DNA of 64,000 bases from Candidatus Velthaea sp. (lineage in GTDB: Bacteria > Vulcanimicrobiota > Vulcanimicrobiia > Vulcanimicrobiales > Vulcanimicrobiaceae): positions 32,001 through 96,000 of the forward strand of contig CBDCCS010000016.1 of assembly GCA_965214935.1 (NCBI GenBank), written 5' to 3'. Positions 10,223-19,524 of this stretch are shown here, in pieces. Position 1 is the stretch's first letter. Every line of letters starts with the position of its first letter. Both the position numbers and the translations under genes were made by a program. The notes beneath the pieces are model-generated. The model was given only the letters and a program-made list of their open reading frames with translations, was not told the origin of the DNA and made no database searches.

Positions 10223-10938
10223 CGCCGCGTCAATTCCAAGAAAACGTCCTGCAACGTACGGTCGCCGATGAGCCGGCTGGTCGTATCGAGCGCGACGAGC
10301 CTTCCGGCTTCAATTATACCCAGCCGATCGCATAATTCTTGTGCTTCTTCGAGATAGTGCGTGGTCAGGACGATCGTGGTTCCGGCGGCGTTTAATTCTT
10401 TGAGGAACGCCCATAACTCGAGCCGCAACTCGACATCGACGCCGGCCGTCGGCTCGTCGAGAATCAATAATCGCGGCTCATGAATCAACGCCCGCGCCAG
10501 CGTTAAGCGGCGTTTCATACCGCCCGACAGGCGGATGTACGTCTCTTTCGCCTTACTGGACAGGCCGAAGCGCTCGAGCAAATCGTCGGCACGTTTTTGC
10601 ACTGCCGCGCCATTGAAACCGTAATAGCCCGCTTGATAGATGAGAACGTCGCGAATGTTGAGATACCGGTCGAAATTATATTCTTGGGGCGCTAGGCCGA
10701 CGGTCACCCGCGCTGCGCGCCAGTCGTGCACGACATCGTGACCGAAAAGTTCGATCGAACCGCCGCTGATCGAGCTCAAGCCGACCATCGCATTGATGGT
10801 CGACGTTTTGCCCGCGCCGTTTGGTCCGAGTAGGCCGAAAAAGGCGCCGTCTTCAACGTCGAGAGAAATACCGTCGACGGCGGTAAACGAGCCGTAGCGC
10901 TTGATGAGCGATGAAATGCGGATGGCCGGAACGTTCAT
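10219..10938 (-). CDS. ABC transporter ATP-binding protein (YadG-like)
   Basis: GPNGAGKT, LSGGMKRR, LDEPTAGVD, TTHY. Confidence 0.95.
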   Translation of the reverse strand: MNVPAIRISSLIKRYGSFTAVDGISLDVEDGAFFGLLGPNGAGKTSTINAMVGLSSISGGSIELFGHDVVHDWRAARVTVGLAPQEYNFDRYLNIRDVLIYQAGYYGFNGAAVQKRADDLLERFGLSSKAKETYIRLSGGMKRRLTLARALIHEPRLLILDEPTAGVDVELRLELWAFLKELNAAGTTIVLTTHYLEEAQELCDRLGIIEAGRLVALDTTSRLIGDRTLQDVFLELTRR

Positions 10939-11651
10939 AGCGCAGCTTCCGCCAGCGCTTTATAGCGATGCCGCCGCAAGACGGTGATGCACCGCCGGGC
11001 ATCGGGCATCGAACTACGTTCGAGTTGCTCGACCACTCGGTCCACGTCGAAGGGGACGCGCCGCGAACGATGCGACCAGCCGCCGGGGCGCTCGCAAAAA
11101 ATTGAATAGTGCGCGCGCGGATCGCCGTCTTTCGGTAAGCCGGCCGACGCGACGCAGCTCAGCAATTTCCCGCGCCACGTGCGGACGTACGGCAAATGCA
11201 GATGGCCGAACGCGAACGCTGCGGCGTTTACGTCGCCGAAGAGCCGTTCGAGCTGTGCCTCATCGGCGTTCGGCCACACATGTTCGTCATCGTTTTTCGG
11301 GTTGGCATGTGCGATGACAAGCGCGTTGTTTTCGGGGCCGATGCGGTACTGCTGCGGCAATTCGCCGAGCCAGCGCGTCCATGCCGGGCCGATCCGCGCT
11401 CGTTGCCACGCAATTGCCGCTTCGTCCGCGGTGTCTTCGCCGGACGAGATGTACCGATCGGTATTGCCGCGCAAGCAACGAGCGCCGACCTCGCGGAGCC
11501 GTTTGAGCACGCCTTTGGGTTTCGGCCCATCCATGCATAAATCGCCGGCTACTACGATTTCATCCGCGCCGCCTTGCGCGGCCAAGTCGTCCAGACAAGC
11601 ATTCAATCCGACGGTATTACCGTGGATGTCGGACAGAACGGCGATGCGCAT
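10935..11651 (-). CDS. Metallophosphoesterase (YfcE-like)
   Basis: SDIHGN, GD, RGNTD, GHLH motifs. Confidence 0.9.
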   Translation of the reverse strand: MRIAVLSDIHGNTVGLNACLDDLAAQGGADEIVVAGDLCMDGPKPKGVLKRLREVGARCLRGNTDRYISSGEDTADEAAIAWQRARIGPAWTRWLGELPQQYRIGPENNALVIAHANPKNDDEHVWPNADEAQLERLFGDVNAAAFAFGHLHLPYVRTWRGKLLSCVASAGLPKDGDPRAHYSIFCERPGGWSHRSRRVPFDVDRVVEQLERSSMPDARRCITVLRRHRYKALAEAAL

Positions 11652-11661
11652 ACGCTCGACG

Positions 11662-12510
11662 CTAACGGCGCTTGGTTGCAAGAACGAGCGAAAACGGTCC
11701 CGCTCCGGCCTTGCCGTACTCCCACAAATCGATTGCTTCGACGGAAATTTTTGCTTGACGCAACAATTTTAAGCTCTCGCGAAAGCGTAGGTTAGCAATG
11801 ACTCGGCGATTACCGAGTGCCAAAAGTCCGGCGGCATACTCTTCGCCGCGCGGCACCGCAATCAGTTGCACGCCAACGAGCGGCCCGGTATCGATAAGCT
11901 CGGCGGCGACTATAGCGGTATCGCCCGCAACAAAGCTGAGCACGTTGCGCAACCGAAGAACGGCCGGCGCAAGCGCGAGTTCGACGACGCGGAGATTCTG
12001 CGTGCGGGCAAACTCTGCAAGCTGGCCGCGCCCCAGTGCGTTCGAGCGTGCGCGTAAACCGCCGCCGGGACGTGATACCCCGACGTAGAGTGTCTCGCCG
12101 CTGCGAGTCACATCCATGGCATCGAGCAAACCGGGTGCCGTAATACGACCGGCGATCGGTATGCCCGAGCGGCTCAATGCCGCCTCGATCGCGGGTACTT
12201 CCGCGCGCCGCTCGACGGACCCCGGACGAGCGATGACTGCGCCCTGCGGCAAGATGATTGCCCCGTCGGCAATGAGTGCCTCGGCACTACTTGCAAGCAC
12301 CGGTTCGAGCTCGGTAACGGCGACGCCGCGGTCGCGCAGCGTGCGCACCAGAATCGCGTGTTGCTCGATCGCGCGCTCGCCGATCGGACTCGGCTCGCCG
12401 TGAACGGGGACGAGCCGGTCGACCGCCGTCGACGGCCGCATGACGATAGCCGCTACAAGAATCCCCGCATCATCGGCGGCGGAAAGTCCCTCGATCGGCT
12501 TGGGCATCAC
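11662..12510 (-). CDS. Dimethylargininase/amidinotransferase-fold protein with substituted catalytic residues
   Basis: RPG..ERRAE, APG.LD..DV, RSN..G..QL, EEYAA, EY.K match the DDAH layout; His and Cys positions are R and S. Confidence 0.8.
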   Translation of the reverse strand: MMPKPIEGLSAADDAGILVAAIVMRPSTAVDRLVPVHGEPSPIGERAIEQHAILVRTLRDRGVAVTELEPVLASSAEALIADGAIILPQGAVIARPGSVERRAEVPAIEAALSRSGIPIAGRITAPGLLDAMDVTRSGETLYVGVSRPGGGLRARSNALGRGQLAEFARTQNLRVVELALAPAVLRLRNVLSFVAGDTAIVAAELIDTGPLVGVQLIAVPRGEEYAAGLLALGNRRVIANLRFRESLKLLRQAKISVEAIDLWEYGKAGAGPFSLVLATKRR

Positions 12511-12549
12511 GGGTCTCGAGCGTTCGTCATCGAGCGCCGGGTTCCCAGG

Positions 12550-14025
12550 TTACACGGCTGCCGGCGGCGCCGGCTCGAGTCGCTCGAAGGCCGTACGCAA
12601 GCGTGCAACGCCCGTTTCGAGCGCTGCGCGATCCAAGTCGCCGAACGATAATCGCAGCGCCGGCGGACCGCTACGGGTGGGATAATAGGGGTCAGCCGGC
12701 ATAACGAGCACGCCTTCACGCGCGCAAGCGTCGAAGGCCGCTTGCGTCGACACGCGCGCCGGCAACGGCAACCAAAGACTGGTCCCGGCCTCGGGTGGCA
12801 CGATCGTCGCCCAGGGTAGAGCCGCCGCTAGGAGATCGACGAAGTAATCGCGGCGCGCGCGGTACAACGTCCGCGCGGCTTTAATATGCCGCCCGTAGGC
12901 CGGCGATTCGATGAAGCGCCACAACGCGCGCTGCGTCAACGTCGACGTGAAGCTGTCGGTCCGGATTTTTGCCGCCTCGATTGCATCGCGCATCCCGCCG
13001 CGCACGAGGAGATAACCAACCCGCAACGCCGGAAAAATCGACTTTGACAAACTCTCCATCAACACGACGCGACCGTCGGCGTCATGTGCGCAAAGCGGCG
13101 GCGGCGCGGTTCGTTCGTAGGTAAAATTCCAACCGGTTTGATCTTCGAGGATGACGACGTCGTAACGCCGGGCCAACGCGACGATGAGCTTGGCGCGGCG
13201 TGCCGGCAAGACCGCTCCGGTCGGATTTTGCGCGATCGGCGCGATGTAGAACAAGCGTGGCCGGAACTCGGCGAAAACGCGCTCGAGATCATCCACGCGG
13301 ACGCCCTCGGCGTCGCTTTGGACTTCGACGTACGTTGCACCGCGCGCATCGAAAACGCCCAAGGTGCCGGGATACGTCGGTGCCTCAGCCGCCACGACGG
13401 CGCCCGGGCCGAGCAGGACGCCGGCAATTAAATCGGCGGCTTGTTGCGCACCGGACGTCACGATGACGTCCTCGGCGAGTGCCGGACATCCGCGCCCGCG
13501 CAGACCGCGTGCAAGGGCGGCGCACAAATCCGGGTCGCCCGTGTGCGCACGGTACTGCATGGCTTGCGGCGGGTCGACGGCGAGCGTCTCCTGCATGGCG
13601 CGACTAAATTCGGCCAACGGAAATGTCTCGGGCGCCGGATGTCCGGTAGCGAACGAGACCGCGCCGGGCGCCGTGGCCCGCACGAGCCGGTCGAGCACGC
13701 CTTCCATACGCTCGGAGCGAGCGAGGCGCCCGAGATCCGGTTCCCAGTTCGGGCGAAACGCCGCCGGCGTTGCGGCCGCGGGTTGCGTCGAGACAAACGT
13801 TCCGCGGCCGACGCGTGCGATGACGCGACCGCGCGCCGCGAGCATATCGTAGGCTTGTGACACCGTCACGAGCGCACAATCCAATTCGGCGGCAAGCGTT
13901 CGCATCGCGGGTAATTGAGCGCCCGGCCGAAGATCGCCCGACTGCATTGCGATCGCCAGCGCGTCGGCAATCTGAACGTAAAGCGGTCGTCGATCGCGCG
14001 CGTTCAGCGCGATTGACGGGATCAC
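12550..14025 (-). CDS. MocR/GabR-family PLP-dependent transcriptional regulator
   Basis: PLYVQIAD..GntR HTH, GRGTFV, TSGAQQA, QNPTG, SLSKSIFPALRVGY; GTG start overlaps the upstream stop. Confidence 0.93.
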   Translation of the reverse strand: MIPSIALNARDRRPLYVQIADALAIAMQSGDLRPGAQLPAMRTLAAELDCALVTVSQAYDMLAARGRVIARVGRGTFVSTQPAAATPAAFRPNWEPDLGRLARSERMEGVLDRLVRATAPGAVSFATGHPAPETFPLAEFSRAMQETLAVDPPQAMQYRAHTGDPDLCAALARGLRGRGCPALAEDVIVTSGAQQAADLIAGVLLGPGAVVAAEAPTYPGTLGVFDARGATYVEVQSDAEGVRVDDLERVFAEFRPRLFYIAPIAQNPTGAVLPARRAKLIVALARRYDVVILEDQTGWNFTYERTAPPPLCAHDADGRVVLMESLSKSIFPALRVGYLLVRGGMRDAIEAAKIRTDSFTSTLTQRALWRFIESPAYGRHIKAARTLYRARRDYFVDLLAAALPWATIVPPEAGTSLWLPLPARVSTQAAFDACAREGVLVMPADPYYPTRSGPPALRLSFGDLDRAALETGVARLRTAFERLEPAPPAAV

Positions 14026-14708
14026 TTCATGTCGAGCCGGTAGCCGATTCCCCGAACGCTCGAGATTTGCAAGGTCGCATCGACCTCGGCGAGTTTCTTG
14101 CGCAATGCCGCCACATGGACGTCGACAACGCGCGTCGGTACACCGGAAACGTCGTTCCATACGCGTTCGAGAATCTGAGCGCGCGTCAACAGCTTGCCTT
14201 CGGCTTCGCCGAGAAACCACAACAGCCGAAACTCGAGTGCCGTGAGGGTAACGCCTTTGCCGCCGTTTTCCAACGTATGAAAATCGCGGACGAGAGCCGC
14301 AGTACCGATTTGCAGCCGGCCGTCATTATCACTTTTGCGCGACCGTTCGCGCCGGCGCAAAAACGACTGGACGCGCGCGACGAGTTCACTACCGGAGAAT
14401 GGTTTTGCGATGTAATCATCGGCGCCTAAGCCCAGACCTTTGAGTACGTCGCCTTCGCTCGAATGCGCGCTGACCATGAGGATGAACGCATCGCTGGAGT
14501 TGGCGAGCGACGTACAGACATCGAGCCCTGAAATGTCAGGTAATTCAACGTCGAGCAAAACGACGGCCGGTTTAAACTGCGGCTCGGTCTCGAGACCGGC
14601 AGCGCCCGTCGGCGCGACTTTAATCTCAAACCCGGCGCGTTCGAGCAGCGTCCGCTCGAACATCGCGACTTCCGGATCGTCTTCGATAATTAACACGCGG
14701 TCAGACAT
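14022..14708 (-). CDS. OmpR-family response regulator
   Basis: IEDD, LLDVELP, GADDYIAKPF, winged-helix VDVHV..LRKKL..VRGIGYRL. Confidence 0.95.
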   Translation of the reverse strand: MSDRVLIIEDDPEVAMFERTLLERAGFEIKVAPTGAAGLETEPQFKPAVVLLDVELPDISGLDVCTSLANSSDAFILMVSAHSSEGDVLKGLGLGADDYIAKPFSGSELVARVQSFLRRRERSRKSDNDGRLQIGTAALVRDFHTLENGGKGVTLTALEFRLLWFLGEAEGKLLTRAQILERVWNDVSGVPTRVVDVHVAALRKKLAEVDATLQISSVRGIGYRLDMK

Positions 14709-14847
14709 GCATCCCCTTTGCGGCGGCGGCGGCGATTCGGATTCGTCGACCTGAAGGAAGCCGCCGCACAAGACCTCGTACCATTGCCGTGTCGCAGACG
14801 GCAGCCGCAACGGTCTCGACAACGCCGACACTCGAAGCTACGGACAT
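14701..14847 (-). CDS. Putative 48-aa small protein coupled to the response regulator
   Basis: Purine-rich GGGAAAG before the ATG; its stop overlaps the regulator start (ATGtcTGA). Confidence 0.4.
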   Translation of the reverse strand: MSVASSVGVVETVAAAVCDTAMVRGLVRRLPSGRRIRIAAAAAKGMHV

Positions 14848-15029
14848 ATGGTCTTTCCCTTGTCCATAAAGCCGATTGGTCCCTCGCACAGAACTTATTC
14901 CAACCATCTTCGGTCGCGCGTATTTCATCGTCGCAATTTCAGACGCGCCACTAAATAACGTTGCATCGATATCACAAGCTGCTCGTTTTACCCGGCGGTC
15001 TAAGCGACTTGACAACCGAATGGCAGCGC

Positions 15030-15899
15030 ATGCACGACAACGATGACTTTCACAGTGGACTGCAAGCGCTTGAATCGCTGATTGCCGCCGATCGATCGGA
15101 CTCGACGATCGATGCACGCTGTGTGCCGCGCGTACGCCATCACGGACACGCGACCGATCGTGCCGTCGTACTCTTCCACGGTTTCACGAATTGCCCGCAG
15201 CAATTTGCCGAACTTGCCGAATTGTTGTTTGCGCGCGGCTTCAACGTGTACGTGCCGCGCTTACCGCGGCACGGTCTGACGGACAAACTTACAACTGCGC
15301 TCGATGCTTTGACCGTCGCAGAGCTAATCGAGTCCGCGAGCGCGGCCGTATTGCTCGCTGCTCCGCTCGCGCGCCGGCTGACGGTTATGGGTTTGTCACT
15401 TGGAGCGACGATGGTTGCTTGGATAGCTCAAACGCAAGCAATCGAAGCGGCGATTGCAATCGCACCGTTCTTTTCCGTTGCGCACGTCCCGTCGCTTTTA
15501 GAACCGGCACTTGCCGGCACGCTCGAGGCGGTGCCGAATCTCGAGTTATGGTGGGATCCGCGCAAACGGGCCGCTGCCGGACCCGATTACGGGTACCCCC
15601 GCTTCTCCACCCGCGCCTTGGCCCGTTGTCTGCAACTCGGCGCACGGACTCGCGACCTTGCACGCACGGACGCGCCGCGCGCCCAACGCTGCACGCTTGT
15701 CCTCAACGTCAAAGATCCGGCAATCGACAATGCTGCCGCGCGCGACGTCTTTGCACTTTGGCGCCGGCATGCGGCTCGGGCCGATACATACGCGTTCGCA
15801 AATCTCGATGCGCGGCACGATATCGTCGACCCGCAAACGTATCCGCAAGCACGCACGCTCGTCTATCCCGTTTTGCTTGAATTGATCGATCGCGCGTAA
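15030..15899 (+). CDS. Alpha/beta hydrolase (carboxylesterase-like)
   Basis: FHGFTNCP, GLSLG nucleophile elbow, KD..ID, RHD. Confidence 0.88.
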   Translation: MHDNDDFHSGLQALESLIAADRSDSTIDARCVPRVRHHGHATDRAVVLFHGFTNCPQQFAELAELLFARGFNVYVPRLPRHGLTDKLTTALDALTVAELIESASAAVLLAAPLARRLTVMGLSLGATMVAWIAQTQAIEAAIAIAPFFSVAHVPSLLEPALAGTLEAVPNLELWWDPRKRAAAGPDYGYPRFSTRALARCLQLGARTRDLARTDAPRAQRCTLVLNVKDPAIDNAAARDVFALWRRHAARADTYAFANLDARHDIVDPQTYPQARTLVYPVLLELIDRA

Positions 15900-16654
15900 T
15901 GCGTATCGCGGTAACCGGCGCCCAAGGCATGATCGGTTCACGCCTCGCCGCGAATTTAGCGGCCGACCACGAAGTCGTGCGGCTCGATCGCGCCGATGCG
16001 GATATCTTGCAGCCGGCCGCACTCGAGGCGGCGCTGTGCAATTGTGACGCCGTCGTGCACCTGGCGGCAGGCCTGCTGGGTGACGGCGGCTGGGACGACG
16101 TTTGGGACGTGAACTTACTCGGGCTGCGCAACGTGTTCGAGGTTGCGCTTCACGTCGGCTGCCGGCGTGTCATATTCGGCAGCTCGCTGCATGTCATGGG
16201 CATGTACGAAGACGAAGGCCGGCCGGCTATTTATGCTCCGCTCGGCGGGACGGTGCTGCGGACCGAGACCGCGCCGCGGCCCGGCAATCCGTACGCAGTG
16301 ACTAAGGCGTGCGGCGAAATACTCGCACGTTATTACAGCGACGCCTTTAATCTCAACGTTGCGTGCGTGCGCATCGGTACGATGAACGCCGCCGACAAGC
16401 CGGACGCGCCGGACGTGCGAATTGCGCACCGGCTGCAAAGCCTCAGCCCGGCGGAGCGCCAAGCACGGGCCCGATCGAAATGGTTTTCGCACGCCGATTT
16501 TGCCCGGCTCGTGCGCGCAATACTGGCTGCGAACGTTCGGTTCGGTATCGTCTACGGAGTCGGCGATAACGCCGGCCGATTCGTGGATCTTGAGGCCGGC
16601 CGCGCATTGTACGGCTTCTGGCCGCAGGACGGCGTGCGCGTCGAACGATCGTGA
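15899..16654 (+). CDS. NAD-dependent epimerase/dehydratase (uronate dehydrogenase-like)
   Basis: TGAQGMIG, VHLAA, YAVTK, VRIG. Confidence 0.88.
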   Translation: MRIAVTGAQGMIGSRLAANLAADHEVVRLDRADADILQPAALEAALCNCDAVVHLAAGLLGDGGWDDVWDVNLLGLRNVFEVALHVGCRRVIFGSSLHVMGMYEDEGRPAIYAPLGGTVLRTETAPRPGNPYAVTKACGEILARYYSDAFNLNVACVRIGTMNAADKPDAPDVRIAHRLQSLSPAERQARARSKWFSHADFARLVRAILAANVRFGIVYGVGDNAGRFVDLEAGRALYGFWPQDGVRVERS

Positions 16655-16999
16655 TGACGACCGACGGCCAAACGCCTTCGTAAAGCGATATATTGACGAC
16701 GCGCGGCCCGATGACGTTGGCTTCATTGGTATTAGCTTGCCGTCCAACGAAGAGTCGCCCGACGCCCGTGTCTTCGGTGTCTAGCGAGTCGCTCTGAACG
16801 TTTGAGCGTATCAATTGCTTAACCCGCCGTATTGCGTTGCATATTAATCAAAGCGGTCCGCTAACCGACACTGCTTATATCGGTGGAGTACGTTAACAGC
16901 GCCAAATGAACTCGCTTCAACGGCCGCCGTCGCGATAACGCCGAGACAAGGTAGCGACATCGTTAGACAGTCGCTCTCTGTTTGTTATGGAGCGACGCG

Positions 17000-18964
17000 G
17001 TGAAGATTCCGAAATTGAAACCTGGCCCATCGGCGGCTGCAATTGCGACCATGATTGCAATCGCCATGTGGGCACTACCGGGAGCTGCGAGCGACGAGAC
17101 CGCGGAGCCGGTTTCAACGGCGGCACCCAGTCCGTCGAGCAGTCCCGTCGTTAGCCCGGCGCCCGTGCCGACGGTGCATCCGGTCGGCTTCCACGTTACA
17201 AGCAACGCGCGCTTGACGCTGATCGAACAGAACTTCGGTGGCCCCGGAACACGTGCACCTGAGGCGGCTAATTATGTGTCAGGCGCATTACCGTTGGCTC
17301 CCAATACGCCCTACGATATGTTTTCAAGTACGCCACAAGTTAGCGGTGATAGCGGAATCGGCGATATTTCCTCACAGATCAGCTATGGCTTGCGGGCTTT
17401 CGACTTTCGCATCGGTATTGGGGTTGAGAGCGTTCGCGGCAGCATCACGAACGCGACCTACTTAGGTGAAAATCTCATGCCGACAGTGAATCCGCATCTC
17501 GGCTCGCAGGCATTACCGTACGCCATGCGGTTTCCCGGACACGCCGGTCAAGATGACGGAACCGCGACACGCGTTTCCGTTCTTTCCGGAACGATCGCAA
17601 CGGCCGACGGCAATCTTGCGTTGCGTGCCGGCTGGTTCGATCTTGCTCAGACGGACCGCTTTGTTTTTGCGCAACCAAATCTTACGAATCTCAACCCCGC
17701 AATCGCATACACGCCGCCTGAGACTTTGACCAGCGGCGTTGCGGGGCTAGACGGCTGGCAGTCCGTCTCGAGCGCTCTACCGCTGCAAGGCATCGATCTC
17801 GTTGCCAAACACGGTTTAGCAACGCTGGAGGCGACAAACGCCGCGTTGCCGTCGCAACCCGGACAATCAGCGCGCCTTACAATGGGATCGATCGTTTTCG
17901 ATCGTGGCGAAGGAACCCGCTTCTCCGCCCAACTCGCTCACGTGACACTAGCCGGAGCGCCGTTTAGCACCTCCGTACCTTTTGGCGCCAATCCGGCCTT
18001 CACGCCGTATGCGCAGGGCATCTTCGGCACCAGCATATTATCGGGCGAGCGCGAAACGATCGCCGGTGTGCGCGGTACATTTCATGTGATACCGGTCCTC
18101 GGACTCGATGGTATCATGGAACTCGGCCGCTCGTGGTACGATTCTACACTCGCGGCGCGACCCGGCAGTGCATCCCCGGGCGGTTACTATCACGCGGGTT
18201 TGATCGAGACACACGGGCATGTCTCAGAAGCAATTGATTGCTATCGCATGGAACCACGCTACGCAACGATGATCCTGCCGTACGGCATTGCTGAAAACAC
18301 GTGGGCAGCCAGCTTTGCTTGGCCCGGGCAATGGCCGGCCGGTAACTATCAACTCGTCGACAATAGCGCGGTTGCAGCTAATCGGCAAGGCTATCGGCTA
18401 CGGGTTGCCCTGGATAAGACGCCGATCGAATTGCACATGGAGTATACGAACGTCCGGCAGATTGAGGCCGAAACCGTTGAATCTTCAATCCAATTAGGCT
18501 TCGTCGACCCTTATTATCTTGCCGAGCAGTCAGCCAAAGCGACATTCGGCCGTCAAAAGCGCATCGGTCTCTGGGCCGCCTGGCATCCCGCGTTTGGCGA
18601 CGTTACGCTCGATCTTATCGACGATATGCTGTATCGGCCGTTCGTCGCAACGCACCTCGAAGACGGCGTCTCCTATGAGGTGCCGCAAGCGGTGCTGGCG
18701 TACTCCCGCCATCTATCATCGAATGTCGTTCTATCGACCGGAGTTGGACGTTTCTCCGTCAAGGGGACGTTCAGTGAGTCGATTGATTTTAGCGAGCGGC
18801 TCTTCTTTCTCGGGGCTGAGATCGCGCAGACGCCGAGCGCATCGCTTCTCATAAGTTTCCGGCGCACCGCGTCGGGCGGAATAACGACGCTACCGTCGCT
18901 TCAACCGAGCTCGCCGAACTATAACGGCACGGCATTAATTGTGGAACAACGCGTTCGCTTTTAA
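17000..18964 (+). CDS. Large secreted, probably outer-membrane beta-barrel protein
   Basis: Signal peptide, Pro/Ser linker, alternating beta-strand pattern, C-terminal EQRVRF. Confidence 0.7.
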   Translation: MKIPKLKPGPSAAAIATMIAIAMWALPGAASDETAEPVSTAAPSPSSSPVVSPAPVPTVHPVGFHVTSNARLTLIEQNFGGPGTRAPEAANYVSGALPLAPNTPYDMFSSTPQVSGDSGIGDISSQISYGLRAFDFRIGIGVESVRGSITNATYLGENLMPTVNPHLGSQALPYAMRFPGHAGQDDGTATRVSVLSGTIATADGNLALRAGWFDLAQTDRFVFAQPNLTNLNPAIAYTPPETLTSGVAGLDGWQSVSSALPLQGIDLVAKHGLATLEATNAALPSQPGQSARLTMGSIVFDRGEGTRFSAQLAHVTLAGAPFSTSVPFGANPAFTPYAQGIFGTSILSGERETIAGVRGTFHVIPVLGLDGIMELGRSWYDSTLAARPGSASPGGYYHAGLIETHGHVSEAIDCYRMEPRYATMILPYGIAENTWAASFAWPGQWPAGNYQLVDNSAVAANRQGYRLRVALDKTPIELHMEYTNVRQIEAETVESSIQLGFVDPYYLAEQSAKATFGRQKRIGLWAAWHPAFGDVTLDLIDDMLYRPFVATHLEDGVSYEVPQAVLAYSRHLSSNVVLSTGVGRFSVKGTFSESIDFSERLFFLGAEIAQTPSASLLISFRRTASGGITTLPSLQPSSPNYNGTALIVEQRVRF

Positions 18965-19231
18965 CTGCAATAAAGTAGCGCCCGAAAACCAGGGCTACGT
19001 TAAGGCCGGTTGGAACCCGCGTCGCGTACGCAGGGCCGTTAACGGCTGAACATTCAAGCTGCTACAGCGATATCGCGAGCTAAGCCTTGATTCGTCGAGG
19101 TTTCTTAACCTCGGGTAAGGGCGGCGGCTTTGGTAAACCTGCGGATTTGCGCTGCGTCGCACGGCCAAAGGCCCTTGGGTTCCTCCGGTGTGCGTGGTAC
19201 GCTTTTGCAGCTACCATCCACAGGATGTCTC

Positions 19232-19456
19232 ATGAGAACGCTCGCCTTTACGTTCTGCGCCGCACTTTGCGTCAACTCGTTGCCCGCGACGGCTTCATCC
19301 CCGGCGCCCGCACCGCATGCCCCATATTATGTGACCGACGGCCGGACGGCAGTAGCGGGTCCGTTTCGCACATACTTTGCATGCAGTCAAGATCTCAAGA
19401 CGCTGCGCCAAGTGAATAACTCGCTATTCTGCGGCTCAACCTGGATTCGTCACTAA
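19232..19456 (+). CDS. Small secreted protein (74 aa, two Cys in the mature part)
   Basis: AGGA before the ATG, signal peptide, GPF..Y.AC...FC. Confidence 0.55.
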   Translation: MRTLAFTFCAALCVNSLPATASSPAPAPHAPYYVTDGRTAVAGPFRTYFACSQDLKTLRQVNNSLFCGSTWIRH

Positions 19457-19524
19457 CCGCGGGTTCAGTGGCGGTCGCTGCCGCGTCTCTTACATGCGCT
19501 TTACGTTAGCGCACAAACGACGGT

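Noticed and set aside
19100..19200. c-di-GMP riboswitch upstream of the small secreted gene and MCP
   Set aside because: Hairpins are present, but the GAAA tetraloop/receptor layout could not be matched.
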